IMG/VR virus record: IMGVR_UViG_3300050011_000409
Location: 1 to 54,430 of that record
DNA length: 54,430 nucleotides
Direction: 5' to 3' (one strand)
From: a virus
Taxonomy: Duplodnaviria > Caudoviricetes
In this document: positions 19,101 to 27,339 of the stretch, in pieces
How the letters are laid out: every line of letters begins with the position of its first letter
Position numbering within the stretch: the first letter of the stretch is position 1
Position numbers and translations under genes: made by a program
Notes under the pieces: model-generated
Told to the model about the DNA's origin: nothing
Databases searched by the model: none
The model's input: the letters and a program-made list of their open reading frames with translations, nothing else

Positions 19101-19830
19101 AGACGGCGGCAATGTTTGGGTCGTAATAAACCACCGTTCCGCCGGGGTAAATGGTTCCGCTGGCGGCGTCAATGTTCTGAACAGCCGGCAGATTGGAGTT
19201 GGGCGGAGCGATCACCTGATACGTCGCGCCACCAATGAGAACTGTTTCGCCGAAATAACCGAGGAACGGTCCGATCAATGTGGCCGTGCCCTCAGCGCCA
19301 ATAGCCGGGACCAGGAAATTCAGGCTTGTCGTCCCCAGAATTATTTCTTGGCCGCCGATTGAACGCCGGGTAGTTGAGCCGTCATATAACAACGGCAGGC
19401 TCGCGCCGTCGTTGACGATCATGAAATTCTCCGCCTGTTTCAGCCAAGCTTGAGGCTGGTTGACCGGGTTCGGGTCGCCCGGAATGGAAATGTTAGCCAC
19501 GGTTGCGTTGCCCTTCGCGTCCGGGATGATATTGAACAGTTGTCCGCCGATGGAACAAATCAGCGATTCGAGGCCAACGTCGGGCTGATAATTCTCGGCA
19601 CCCTGCCAGAGAGCGTTTTCAAAAAGTGTTTGCAGTCCCAAATCGCCGCCGAAGTTAAGTCCGATTCTGCGCCAAGCTGGCCGGTCGGTCGCAAAGCCGC
19701 CGCGCACGGTGACGTTGGCGGCGTAGCCCATCTGGTTTTTCGGCAGCAACGTCGGCGCAACGCCGGAGTCCATGCCGGCCGCGAAATCGCCGAAGCCATC
19801 ATAGATTACGTTGGAGACTGGGGTAGCCAC
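16180..19830 (-). CDS. Tail tube/packaged-DNA stabilisation protein with a C-terminal Asp-box propeller extension
   Basis: N-terminus FAAGMDSGVAPTLLPKNQ..AANVTVRGG typical of podoviral tube B/gp10-like proteins; EARFFQLRLTFTG; SxDGxxW repeats. Confidence 0.65.
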   Translation of the reverse strand: MATPVSNVIYDGFGDFAAGMDSGVAPTLLPKNQMGYAANVTVRGGFATDRPAWRRIGLNFGGDLGLQTLFENALWQGAENYQPDVGLESLICSIGGQLFNIIPDAKGNATVANISIPGDPNPVNQPQAWLKQAENFMIVNDGASLPLLYDGSTTRRSIGGQEIILGTTSLNFLVPAIGAEGTATLIGPFLGYFGETVLIGGATYQVIAPPNSNLPAVQNIDAASGTIYPGGTVVYYDPNIAAVYTTPPVGPISIPDGTVFALGLISVSPPYTGPIGATVNWPPQDSAFYNWKVMGADTTSISLKLNLFSSPGGTLTAPTGVAKNTLMVFKPGGAPLQNVGTLSTPFTAPPVDGNGTLSFVNQYTGPLPAILSINGDHYIITAAGSGTPTNSIILLNINDTVGTPGTTPPSITAPASIYSIPELPAGRMLAYGMGRVWEVMTDSISFLAGDIVGGSSGSPNLNFRDAVLKITENLYLAGGGLFRVPGSVGEIRGLIFTATLDVSLGQGPLQVFTSRNVFSCQAPVDRTTWQSLTNPILTEALKGAGGAGQYTLTNSNADVLFRSPDGQIRSLILSRLDFNRWGDTPISLELLRVTEQENLALMNFDSGIVFDNRRLSTANPVQTAQGVVWSNLFALNFDEISSLQNKSASVYDGVWGGLKIFQLVRFSGSNRAFAFCSDTGSGIIELWELLPTGDEHLDSGILPITWQFESPTIFMGSKQKGLFDLARLVDGEIYLSDIEGRVDVTVEYRPDWSPCWYPWASFYVCSAVGPGLENQYRSRIGLGEPSASQCVQFNNKPAREARFFQLRLTFTGHCVFQGAKLGAVLVPEYEFEPPLCNKTGESGPITTPVVFNDLVFFQISCPVGTPAPIFGVLPRPNWIYYDFSNNQLVGNAGLFRGDSKAAANTVAQKTLDLWANQAVAAGYFVCLSPYNILKDDEQTSLLGTDAMQLRYLNGKYFLTRSSVNGIFSSTDGLTWTNPLAGASGLIYDVAYGSGFYVAVGAQLTVPFRCIVYKSLDGIAWTEHDDLVTVFPSYSVCFGGGSFCRFDNFGHPVVSADGVNWTAYGSVQGSTSCRKVQYLNGKFYACFADNVWSASNPAGVWTQGAFPAGYECRDIAFGNNTYVAVGFYSSGGNHSWTAVSSDGISWTVGGTLGVAESALVGVVFANGSFVACGQSGNVYFSSNGNAWIPGSTTAAAALNNIVTDGQAAIITAEGTLW

Positions 19831-19836
19831 ATCAGC

Positions 19837-20646
19837 TTAGGTCAGTTCGACAGCCGAGAGTGAGCATTCAATCGCCTCGATGCTGCCGGAATAGGGCAGG
19901 TTAGAGATGGAAGCCATCGCCTGAAGAATATCTGAAACGCCTTGGCCGGTGTAGGGCACACTCAAAATGGTAATCTCTCCAATGGTGTTGGTCTGGCCGC
20001 TGACGACGGCGGTTTGAAGATTTCCGACAGCGTTTGGAATGTCGCCTGCCGTGTTGTTGGTCCGTCGGATTTTGAAATTGATGGCCTCGTTGCCAATCGT
20101 TGCGCCGACATAATCGAACCGGCAGCGCGCGAACAGAAGATATTTTTTACCACTGGTCGCGGACAGGGTGAGAGTGATGCTGCCAACTTGAGTGTTTGGC
20201 GTGGTGGTCAACGCCTGGGAGAGTCCAACGGCGGCGCTGATCGTGCCCAAGACGGTGAAGCCGGATGTGCCATTGGCTCCAATCAAGCCCGAAGGCGATA
20301 CACCGGCCCCGGAATTGATGGTTGCGCCGGTGCTCGAATCGCCCGTGTAATCCAGATATTCGAGAACAACGGAATTGCTGGACGGAATCGAGACGACGGT
20401 AAAATTGGCGAGGTTTGAGCCGTCCGAGATGAACACATTTTGACCCGGAGTCATCCAAGTTGAATTGGTCACGGACACGGTGACGTTGGCCGCAGCGGAT
20501 GGCAGGCTGAAAGGGGCTGTGGTGATCGTGAAGGCATTAACGCCATCGGCACCCGCCACGCCGTTCGTGCCGCCCGAACCCTCCGGCCCAGGGACGTTGA
20601 CCGGCGGTGTTGGACAGGGCTGGCAACAATCGTTGAGTATTGACAT
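19837..20646 (-). CDS. Virion structural protein with a short Gly-X-Y stretch
   Basis: GPEGSGGTNGVAGADG; beta-rich S/T composition; first gene of the tail operon. Confidence 0.6.
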   Translation of the reverse strand: MSILNDCCQPCPTPPVNVPGPEGSGGTNGVAGADGVNAFTITTAPFSLPSAAANVTVSVTNSTWMTPGQNVFISDGSNLANFTVVSIPSSNSVVLEYLDYTGDSSTGATINSGAGVSPSGLIGANGTSGFTVLGTISAAVGLSQALTTTPNTQVGSITLTLSATSGKKYLLFARCRFDYVGATIGNEAINFKIRRTNNTAGDIPNAVGNLQTAVVSGQTNTIGEITILSVPYTGQGVSDILQAMASISNLPYSGSIEAIECSLSAVELT

Positions 20647-20652
20647 GCTTTA

Positions 20653-20690
20653 ATGTTACCGTTGCCAAGCTTTCTGTCTAGTGGCAAATT
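20653..20690. promoter_or_regulatory. Overlapping divergent sigma70-type promoters (tail operon and TerL)
   Basis: Minus: TAGACA-16-TAACAT-6-ATG(20646). Plus: TTGCCA-17-CAAATT-7-GTG(20698). Confidence 0.45.
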
Positions 20691-20697
20691 GTCAAAA

Positions 20698-22494
20698 GTG
20701 ATTTACTCCGACCAATACGGCGCTCAGTGGCCGCGCAAGCCTGACGACCTGAAAATCGAGTTTCATCAGATTCAACTCAAATGGAAACAACATCTGGCCG
20801 GCACTGATTGCGCCGATGTCCTGCTGAAACATTATCTTGCCGCGCGCAAACTCATCTGGCCCGACCGTTATTGCCATCGCTGGACGGAATTGATCTATGA
20901 GCAGGTGATCAAAAACGCCATCGTGATCCTCATGGGCAGTGCCTCGTCTCAAAAAACGGCGCACGCCTCCGAATTCAACCTGATTGATTACTGGCTTTAT
21001 CCGAACGAAACCGCCGTATTGGTTAGCAGCACGACGCGCGACAAATTGGAAGATGCGGTCTGGGGGGAAATCAAGCACCTCTGGAAGGCGGGAAGGGAAC
21101 GGTTCCCGTGGCTGGCCGGACACATGATTGACTATAAGCAGCGCATTTCGACCGACGAGCGCGGAGCCGATTCCGATGATGCGCGCGATTTGAGAAAGGG
21201 AATTTTTTGCAAAGCTCTGTTCGTAGGAAAACAATATGTCGGGCTTGGCGGCTTTTCCGGCATCAAGCAAAAGCGCATCCGATTACAGGCAGACGAATTA
21301 CAATTTTGCGCACCGACGTTCCTCGCCTGCCTGCCCAATCTTCGGAGCAACACGCGCGCTGGCGGTTTGAAGGTGATCGGCAGCGGCAATCCACGTCACG
21401 ACCCGAATGATCAACTCGGCATGGCGGCAGAGCCGCTGGAAGGCTGGCCAGCCATGGACGGCATCGAGAAAACGACCGTCTGGCCGATCAAGTTGCTGGG
21501 CGGCGTCTGCGTGAACTTGATCGGAACGGACAGCCCTAACTTTGACCAAGACTTTGACAAATATCCCGGACTGATCGGGCACGAATATGAGAAAATAATC
21601 GCGCACGATTACGGCAAGGATTCGCCCGAATACGAAACTCAAATCCGTGGCCGGATGCGGATCGGCCTGGAACATTCTCGGGTCATCACGCGGCAGCTTT
21701 GCCGGTTGCATCATGCCGGTGAAAAGGCGGTCTGGGGCGGCAAACCTCGAACCCGGATTTACGGCGTTGACCCAGCCTATGGCGGCGGCGACCGCTGTAT
21801 AGGCGGATGGATTGAATTTGGAGAGGGGGCCAGCGGCCTGCAAATCCTGCGGGTGAATCCGCCGCGCATCTTAAAAATCGTCGTCAACCCGGATTACCCG
21901 CCCGAAGAACAGATTGCCGATCTGGTGAAACTGGACTTGGAACAAAACGGCATCCCGCCGGAGAACTGTTTTTACGACTCATTCGGTAAGGGCACCATCG
22001 GTTTTGCCTTCGCGCGCAAATTCGGGGCGAATCCTCCGGTGCCCGTGGACGCGGGCGCGCGGCCCACAGAGCGCCCGGTGCGCTACGACCTGTGGCTGAC
22101 TGAACGCGACGGTCGGCGGCGGCTCAAGCGGTGCGATGAGCACTATTCCAAGTTCATCACAGAGATGTGGTTTTCGGTTCGCGAGACGATTGAAAGTGAG
22201 CAGATGTGCGAACTGCCGGAAGATGTGATGCTGGAAGGCTGCTGGCGTGAATACAAGACCGTGGCCGGCGACCGCATCGAGGTCGAGCCGAAGGACGAAT
22301 TGAAGGAGCGCATGGGGAAAAGCCCTGACCTTTTTGACCATCTTGCGATTTGCTGCGAAGGCGCGCGGCGACTCGGTTTCAAAATCAAACGGCTGGGCAT
22401 GGATGTTCCCGTCGAAGATTCAACCTGGGACTGGTTTTGGAAGCGGCAAGACCAGTTGAAGGAGCAGAGAGCGAAGCACGCTCTTACTTTTTGA
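20698..22494 (+). CDS. terL: Terminase large subunit
   Basis: Walker A MGSASSQKT, Walker B LQADE, GSGNP coupling motif, nuclease IYGVDPAYGGGD and KSPDLFD; start may be GTG 20698 or ATG 20653. Confidence 0.88.
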   Translation: MIYSDQYGAQWPRKPDDLKIEFHQIQLKWKQHLAGTDCADVLLKHYLAARKLIWPDRYCHRWTELIYEQVIKNAIVILMGSASSQKTAHASEFNLIDYWLYPNETAVLVSSTTRDKLEDAVWGEIKHLWKAGRERFPWLAGHMIDYKQRISTDERGADSDDARDLRKGIFCKALFVGKQYVGLGGFSGIKQKRIRLQADELQFCAPTFLACLPNLRSNTRAGGLKVIGSGNPRHDPNDQLGMAAEPLEGWPAMDGIEKTTVWPIKLLGGVCVNLIGTDSPNFDQDFDKYPGLIGHEYEKIIAHDYGKDSPEYETQIRGRMRIGLEHSRVITRQLCRLHHAGEKAVWGGKPRTRIYGVDPAYGGGDRCIGGWIEFGEGASGLQILRVNPPRILKIVVNPDYPPEEQIADLVKLDLEQNGIPPENCFYDSFGKGTIGFAFARKFGANPPVPVDAGARPTERPVRYDLWLTERDGRRRLKRCDEHYSKFITEMWFSVRETIESEQMCELPEDVMLEGCWREYKTVAGDRIEVEPKDELKERMGKSPDLFDHLAICCEGARRLGFKIKRLGMDVPVEDSTWDWFWKRQDQLKEQRAKHALTF

Positions 22495-22786
22495 TGATGC
22501 AGTTGATTTCGTGCTCGTGGACCATGCGTAATTCGACGCCGTTGAAATCAATTTGGCTGGCACTGTAAAAGTTGAACACGACTTCATCGCCGACTGCGAC
22601 GGTCATGGGGATGCGGACGCCCTGCTCAGACCAACGGCCCGGCCCGATGGCGACTACGATGCCTCGCGTCGGCTTGTCCTTGGCCAGTTCTGGCACAAAG
22701 ATTGCGCCGATTTTTTCCGGGGCTTTAATTGGTTCGATTATCACCCTGTCCGTCACTGGGAACAGGCTGCTGTAAGGGGATGACAT
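22484..22786 (-). CDS. groES: Co-chaperonin GroES
   Basis: PVTDRVII..GAIFVPELAKDKPTRGIVVAIGPGR..IPMTVAVGDEVVF. Confidence 0.95.
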   Translation of the reverse strand: MSSPYSSLFPVTDRVIIEPIKAPEKIGAIFVPELAKDKPTRGIVVAIGPGRWSEQGVRIPMTVAVGDEVVFNFYSASQIDFNGVELRMVHEHEINCIIKK

Positions 22787-23018
22787 TTTTGGGTTCCTCG
22801 GTTTTAGGTTTCGATTTCAAAACGGTTTCGGCGGTCTTGGCAAGAGCGACTTGTTCGGCAATTTGCGCGCCGCGTTTGATGGAATAGAGAACGTCCTGGG
22901 CGATGCCGGCCAGAACGGTATAAACGATGGCGGGATGCACGTCGTTCTTCGCAGCGTCGGTGACGATGGCGGCGATTTCTTTTTGGAATTGTTCAGCGGG
23001 ATTTGTTGATTTGCTCAT
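22725..23018 (-). CDS. Hypothetical protein
   Basis: ATG 3 nt after the scaffold stop; helical 97 aa. Confidence 0.6.
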   Translation of the reverse strand: MSKSTNPAEQFQKEIAAIVTDAAKNDVHPAIVYTVLAGIAQDVLYSIKRGAQIAEQVALAKTAETVLKSKPKTEEPKNVIPLQQPVPSDGQGDNRTN

Positions 23019-23021
23019 AAA

Positions 23022-24341
23022 TTATCCATTTCCAGCCGCCAAGCGGTCAAACTCGGCGTCAATGTCGTCCAGCGTGGTTGCGCCTTTTTTCTTGCCGCCA
23101 GCTTCCACCCTGCGCGTCTCGCCGCGTCCGGGTGCGGACTGCTCGTAGCCGGCGAGTTGTTCGCGCAATTCCTTCAACTCGGTGTCCTTCTGGTTCAGGC
23201 GATACACCAGCCGGTCATGGGCGGCGGCGCGGTTGCGAATGGCACTATGCAACAGAGTCATTTCCGCCTGGGGCAACTGGCCATTCACCAGCTTGTCTTT
23301 CAGCGAGGCCGGCAGCTTGACAATTTCAGAGGGGTCAAGGATGCCGAACGCGAGGTCGGTCAGGCGCGTGCCGTAGGCCAGCAAGTCGTTGCCCTTGGTG
23401 TCGGCTGGATCGGTGCCGAACAATTGTGGATATTTTTCCGCAGCCAGTTTGTTCGCCGCGTGCCAACGCTCGCTCGCCTCCTTCTGCGATTTTGTCTGTA
23501 ATTCCCGAAACTGGGTTTCCCTCGTGCCGGCTTGTTTGCGGAAATCCTCGATGGCCGTCCGCATCTGTGTGTGATGATCGAGCACCTTGTCGCGCTGCAT
23601 GGTGATGCGCGCGGCGTTATAGCCGAAATGGTCGGCGATGAATTTGTTGGCCGTGTCCTCGTCCTGAATGGCCATGAGCGCATCCCAGTCAGCCTCGCTG
23701 CCCTTGCGGGTTTTGCCGGGTTCGAGCACCGCGCCGAATTCATCCGATTTGTCCGGGTCCTTGAAATTCAGAGTGGCGAGAAGCTTCTGGCCCTGCTCGT
23801 AGGCTTTCAAAAACGGCTGCTGGTATTTTTCCTTATATTCGGTGCTGCGCTCATAGTTTGAAAACTTGAGTTCGTTTTCCAGTTCGTCACGCCGTTTGTT
23901 CCAAGAGTCGCGATCTTTTAGCAACTGTTCCTTTTCCGTGTCGGCCTTGGGCTTGGAGGATTCGGATTGGAGCGTTTCGTATTTGCTTTTCCAGTCGGCG
24001 GCCTCGGTGCGAGTGCGGTCGAGTTCATCGCGCAAGGTGGATGCCTTGACCTTGGGCGGCAACTCGCCGGGCTTTGCTTGAGTCCCTTTGACTTCGGCAG
24101 GCGATTTGATTTCGTCTGGCTTCGTTTCAGGAGCGAGTTTGGTGTCTGGCGCTGGTTTTGTGTCGGCAGCTGGCTTGGCGTCGGGTTTAGGTTCGGGCGG
24201 GGCTGAAATCAGGGCGTCAAAACCGGCATAGGCGGAATCCATGTTCGGCCCGGACGATTGGGGCGAATGCGGGTTCGGCCCGGCGGGGGCTGCGGGGGCC
24301 GGGGCTGGTGCGGGAGGGGCGGCTGGTGCTTCGGCAGGCAT
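23022..24341 (-). CDS. Probable capsid scaffolding protein
   Basis: Pro/Ala-rich disordered N-terminus (KPAxDT-like repeats), long charged coiled coil, short C-terminal amphipathic helix. Confidence 0.65.
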   Translation of the reverse strand: MPAEAPAAPPAPAPAPAAPAGPNPHSPQSSGPNMDSAYAGFDALISAPPEPKPDAKPAADTKPAPDTKLAPETKPDEIKSPAEVKGTQAKPGELPPKVKASTLRDELDRTRTEAADWKSKYETLQSESSKPKADTEKEQLLKDRDSWNKRRDELENELKFSNYERSTEYKEKYQQPFLKAYEQGQKLLATLNFKDPDKSDEFGAVLEPGKTRKGSEADWDALMAIQDEDTANKFIADHFGYNAARITMQRDKVLDHHTQMRTAIEDFRKQAGTRETQFRELQTKSQKEASERWHAANKLAAEKYPQLFGTDPADTKGNDLLAYGTRLTDLAFGILDPSEIVKLPASLKDKLVNGQLPQAEMTLLHSAIRNRAAAHDRLVYRLNQKDTELKELREQLAGYEQSAPGRGETRRVEAGGKKKGATTLDDIDAEFDRLAAGNG

Positions 24342-24345
24342 AAAT

Positions 24346-24615
24346 TTACGCTTTGGGATTCAGTTGTCCCATGGTTGTCGGTTTGGAGGCGGGGGAATCC
24401 TCATTCAACTTTTCGAGTGTGCGGCGGAAGGCGTCCGCGCCTTCCTTGCGCCAGCGATTGGCCGCAGCGGTTGCCACGTCGGCGGCAATGGATAGACACT
24501 GGTCATATTCCAGCGTGGCGGTATCGAGCGCGGTCTGCATCTGGTTGCTGTAAATCAAATCATTATAGCCGCGCGTCAGCGAGCGGTTCGTGCGGAATTT
24601 TTCGCGGGGACTCAT
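24346..24615 (-). CDS. Hypothetical head-operon protein
   Basis: Immediately upstream of the scaffold, with a short overlap to the preceding ORF. Confidence 0.6.
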   Translation of the reverse strand: MSPREKFRTNRSLTRGYNDLIYSNQMQTALDTATLEYDQCLSIAADVATAAANRWRKEGADAFRRTLEKLNEDSPASKPTTMGQLNPKA

Positions 24616-24770
24616 AGGAATTTCGGCTTGCTCGCGCCGCCCTTTTTCTTGCGCGGACGATGGACTTTCAGCTTCCGATCAAAAACTGGCTCTTGATTTA
24701 CGAGGCGTTGGCCGAAACGCTGTCCGCTGGTCGCTGGACGATTACCGGAAGATGGAGCGGGGGAGTTCAT
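24612..24770 (-). CDS. Small basic protein (52 aa, ..HRPRKKKGGASKPKFL)
   Basis: ATGA coupling to 24767..25018; K/R-rich tail. Confidence 0.5.
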   Translation of the reverse strand: MNSPAPSSGNRPATSGQRFGQRLVNQEPVFDRKLKVHRPRKKKGGASKPKFL

Positions 24771-25018
24771 TTCTTCGCGCCTCCAACGGCTTTGCCGCCG
24801 GCGCGGGCACCACGCCCGCCGCGCCCGCCGCGCGAGCTTCCGCGTTTGCCGCCCATTTTGTCCGGGGCTTTGATGGCGGTGCTGTGGAGGTTTTGATTGG
24901 TGGCGTGGCTGCGGATGGCCTTCGTCAGAATCTTCTGCATGGCGAATGGCGCAACGGGAATGCCGCGCGGCAAAAAAGTCGGCAACGCGGGCAGGCTGGC
25001 GGCGGTCGGTTCGTTCAT
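24767..25018 (-). CDS. Small basic protein with an RGG/GGK-rich tail
   Basis: ATG 25018 downstream of TTGACA-17-TTTACT; C-terminus GGKRGSSRGGRGGRGARAGGKAVGGAKK. Confidence 0.55.
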   Translation of the reverse strand: MNEPTAASLPALPTFLPRGIPVAPFAMQKILTKAIRSHATNQNLHSTAIKAPDKMGGKRGSSRGGRGGRGARAGGKAVGGAKK

Positions 25019-25128
25019 GGTTCGCAATGTCAGTAAAACACTGAAAGCGGGGGTTGTCAAGCGGCAACTGAAAAATAATGTTATTTTTCTCTTGACTAAA
25101 ACACCAAATGTTGTCAATTCTCTTAAAG

Positions 25129-25326
25129 ATGAAAACGAAGCTCAACATGACCGAGAAAATGAAAGCAAAAATCTTCGCGCTTGCCCCCGACTCGAAAGAC
25201 TCTTTTGTTGTCAAGAGCCACCGCGAGATGACCGCGTGTTATCGCGCCGCCGAAACGCTTGGCCTGAAAATCGGACGCCAAGTTGATTGGGCGCGTGGCG
25301 GGTGGCGGGTGATTCGATTCACATAA
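25129..25326 (+). CDS. Small basic protein, possible DNA-binding regulator
   Basis: First gene of the rightward operon after the divergent promoter region; ends GGWRVIRF. Confidence 0.55.
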   Translation: MKTKLNMTEKMKAKIFALAPDSKDSFVVKSHREMTACYRAAETLGLKIGRQVDWARGGWRVIRFT

Positions 25327-25356
25327 CCCGAAGAACGTCACGACCAAACCCTGATT

Positions 25357-25578
25357 ATGAACACCCACAAATTATGTGTATCATGCCGATGGTTCGCTCT
25401 GGCACCAGCCAGCCAAGACGCCGAAAACGCGAACTGCAAACAACCGACCCTGCAAAAGACTTCGCCTGTGACGGGCAAGATTGAAATGCGATTTTGCGGC
25501 AACGAACGCCAGGGCATGGGCGCCTGCGGGCCGGACGCAAACCTGTTCGAGCAGAAACCGGAAACGACAAATTTATGA
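25357..25578 (+). CDS. Small Cys-rich protein
   Basis: CVSCRWF..C..FC..CGPDANLFE; ATGA overlap with the next gene. Confidence 0.65.
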   Translation: MNTHKLCVSCRWFALAPASQDAENANCKQPTLQKTSPVTGKIEMRFCGNERQGMGACGPDANLFEQKPETTNL

Positions 25579-26594
25579 GCTTTGAAATTCACGCAGCATC
25601 GCGGCAGGGAATCAAACCGCTTGTCGGTTTTTACGGCAAGTCAGGCAGCGGGAAAACAATGTCAGCACTTTTGCTGGCGCGCGGCATCGCCGGGCCGACC
25701 AGAAAAATCACACTGATTGACAGTGAGAATGGTCGAGGGTCAATCTTCGCCGACCTGATCCCGGGCGGATACGGGGTGTTGAATCTCGATGCCCCATTTT
25801 CCCCGGCGCGTTACGAAGAAGCCATTGCCGAGGCCGAGAAATCGTCCGATGTGGTTTTGGTAGATTCGATGTCCCATGAATGGAGCGGGGAAGGCGGCGT
25901 TCTGGATTGGGCGGAAGAAGAATTGCAGCGCATGGGCGGCGGGGACAACAACAAGATGCGGTCGTGGGTCAAGCCTAAAATGGCGCACAAGAAGATGGTT
26001 CAACGCCTACTACGAAGCAAGTGCGCCCTGATATGCTGTCTGCGTGGTGAAGAAAAGACGCACATCACAAAGCCGGAGGCCGGACAAAAAGCAAAAGTCA
26101 TCACCGACGAATTTTCAACACCGCTTTTTGACCCGCGCTTTATTTACGAATTGCTTCTCAACTTTGAAACGGTCGCGCACAGCGGCGTTGGCGGGTTTAT
26201 TGTGCCGCGCAAGATAACGCATCCTTCGATTGCGGCGATTCTCCCGCGTGAGAATGAGCAAATCAGCATCAAGCACGGCGAAGCGTTGGCCGCATGGTGC
26301 GCGTCGGCGGGGTCGCCAGCAGGCGTTTCGTCACTATCGGCTACCGTGACAGCCCCTAAATCGTCTGGGGACGCGTCAGATGAGAAGCAAAAGCTGGAAT
26401 TGGAGCTTTGGGGAGTCCTTAAATCAATCAGGACGCCGGGGAAAAAGGGATTTGCCGAAGTAAATGCGTGGCTCTGGCGCGAGGAAATTCTTGACGCCGC
26501 CATTGAACCGCCTCAAACAGTGGAAAGTTTGACGCCTGCAAAACTCCGTGAAGTCATTTCAAAGGCAAAGGCAAAACTTGGACAACTGGTTTGA
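25575..26594 (+). CDS. P-loop ATPase, Sak4/AAA_24-like recombination protein
   Basis: GKSGSGKT, LIDSENG, VLVDSMSHEW; adjacent to an exonuclease. Confidence 0.85.
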   Translation: MSFEIHAASRQGIKPLVGFYGKSGSGKTMSALLLARGIAGPTRKITLIDSENGRGSIFADLIPGGYGVLNLDAPFSPARYEEAIAEAEKSSDVVLVDSMSHEWSGEGGVLDWAEEELQRMGGGDNNKMRSWVKPKMAHKKMVQRLLRSKCALICCLRGEEKTHITKPEAGQKAKVITDEFSTPLFDPRFIYELLLNFETVAHSGVGGFIVPRKITHPSIAAILPRENEQISIKHGEALAAWCASAGSPAGVSSLSATVTAPKSSGDASDEKQKLELELWGVLKSIRTPGKKGFAEVNAWLWREEILDAAIEPPQTVESLTPAKLREVISKAKAKLGQLV

Positions 26595-26597
26595 AGT

Positions 26598-26780
26598 ATG
26601 ACAATAGATCACGCGCCAACAATCCGGGCTTTCGTCGAGGAACGATTGAATCAACTCCGCGCCCGGACTTCATATTATGAGGGAAAAGAAAATGTGATCG
26701 AGGAATTGGAGAATGTTCTAACGCTCATTGATGGCCTGAACAAGCAAAACGAACTTCTGACAAAGGCGCTGGGGATTTGA
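26598..26780 (+). CDS. Hypothetical protein (60 aa)
   Basis: Operon packing. Confidence 0.55.
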   Translation: MTIDHAPTIRAFVEERLNQLRARTSYYEGKENVIEELENVLTLIDGLNKQNELLTKALGI

Positions 26781-26922
26781 CAAAACTCCAATTTGATTTA
26801 TGCTTTCCTTGTGCAACGACAATCAAACTCTGCTCTCGCCCGCGAAGCCGTCAAACCGGCTGACTTCGCCTTTATCGGCATCGTTGCACACGCGGGCGGG
26901 AGCGTTCAAAGGTGCAACGATG
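26777..26922 (+). ncRNA. Promoter plus pseudoknot/antisense-type leader RNA of an HNH gene
   Basis: TTGACA-16-TATGCT; 26810-19 pairs with 26881-90, 26832-44 with 26891-903, and 26879-89 with the start-codon region 26912-22. Confidence 0.55.
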
Positions 26923-27339
26923 AAAAAATGTTCTATAAAAGGATGTAACGGAAAACATCAGGCCAAGGGTTTTTGCTCTCCACACTATCACCGATGGAAA
27001 AGAACTCGAAATCCAAATCCTGATAAACCAGTCGGGGCTAGGACTGGAAAATTTAACAGTTGTTGGAGGGGTGGTGAAATTAATTTGATCAGTGGGCGCG
27101 TTCTTATTTATTCGCCCAATCACCCACATCCAAATACGGGTGGTGTTTATGTTTTTAGGTCTCGATTAGTCGTGGAAAAGCGACTTGGACGTTTTTTGCT
27201 GCCAAGTGAAATAGTTCATCATAAAAACGGAATCCGTAGCGATGATCGAGACGAAAACTTGGAATACATGACGCAATCAAGGCACGCAAAAATTCACAAC
27301 GTGAATGGCAAATTCAGCCATGAAACAATATGTTCATAA
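26920..27339 (+). CDS. HNH homing endonuclease
   Basis: CSIKGC..KGFCSPHY zinc motif; EIVHHKNGIRSDDRDENLE. Confidence 0.88.
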   Translation: MKKCSIKGCNGKHQAKGFCSPHYHRWKRTRNPNPDKPVGARTGKFNSCWRGGEINLISGRVLIYSPNHPHPNTGGVYVFRSRLVVEKRLGRFLLPSEIVHHKNGIRSDDRDENLEYMTQSRHAKIHNVNGKFSHETICS

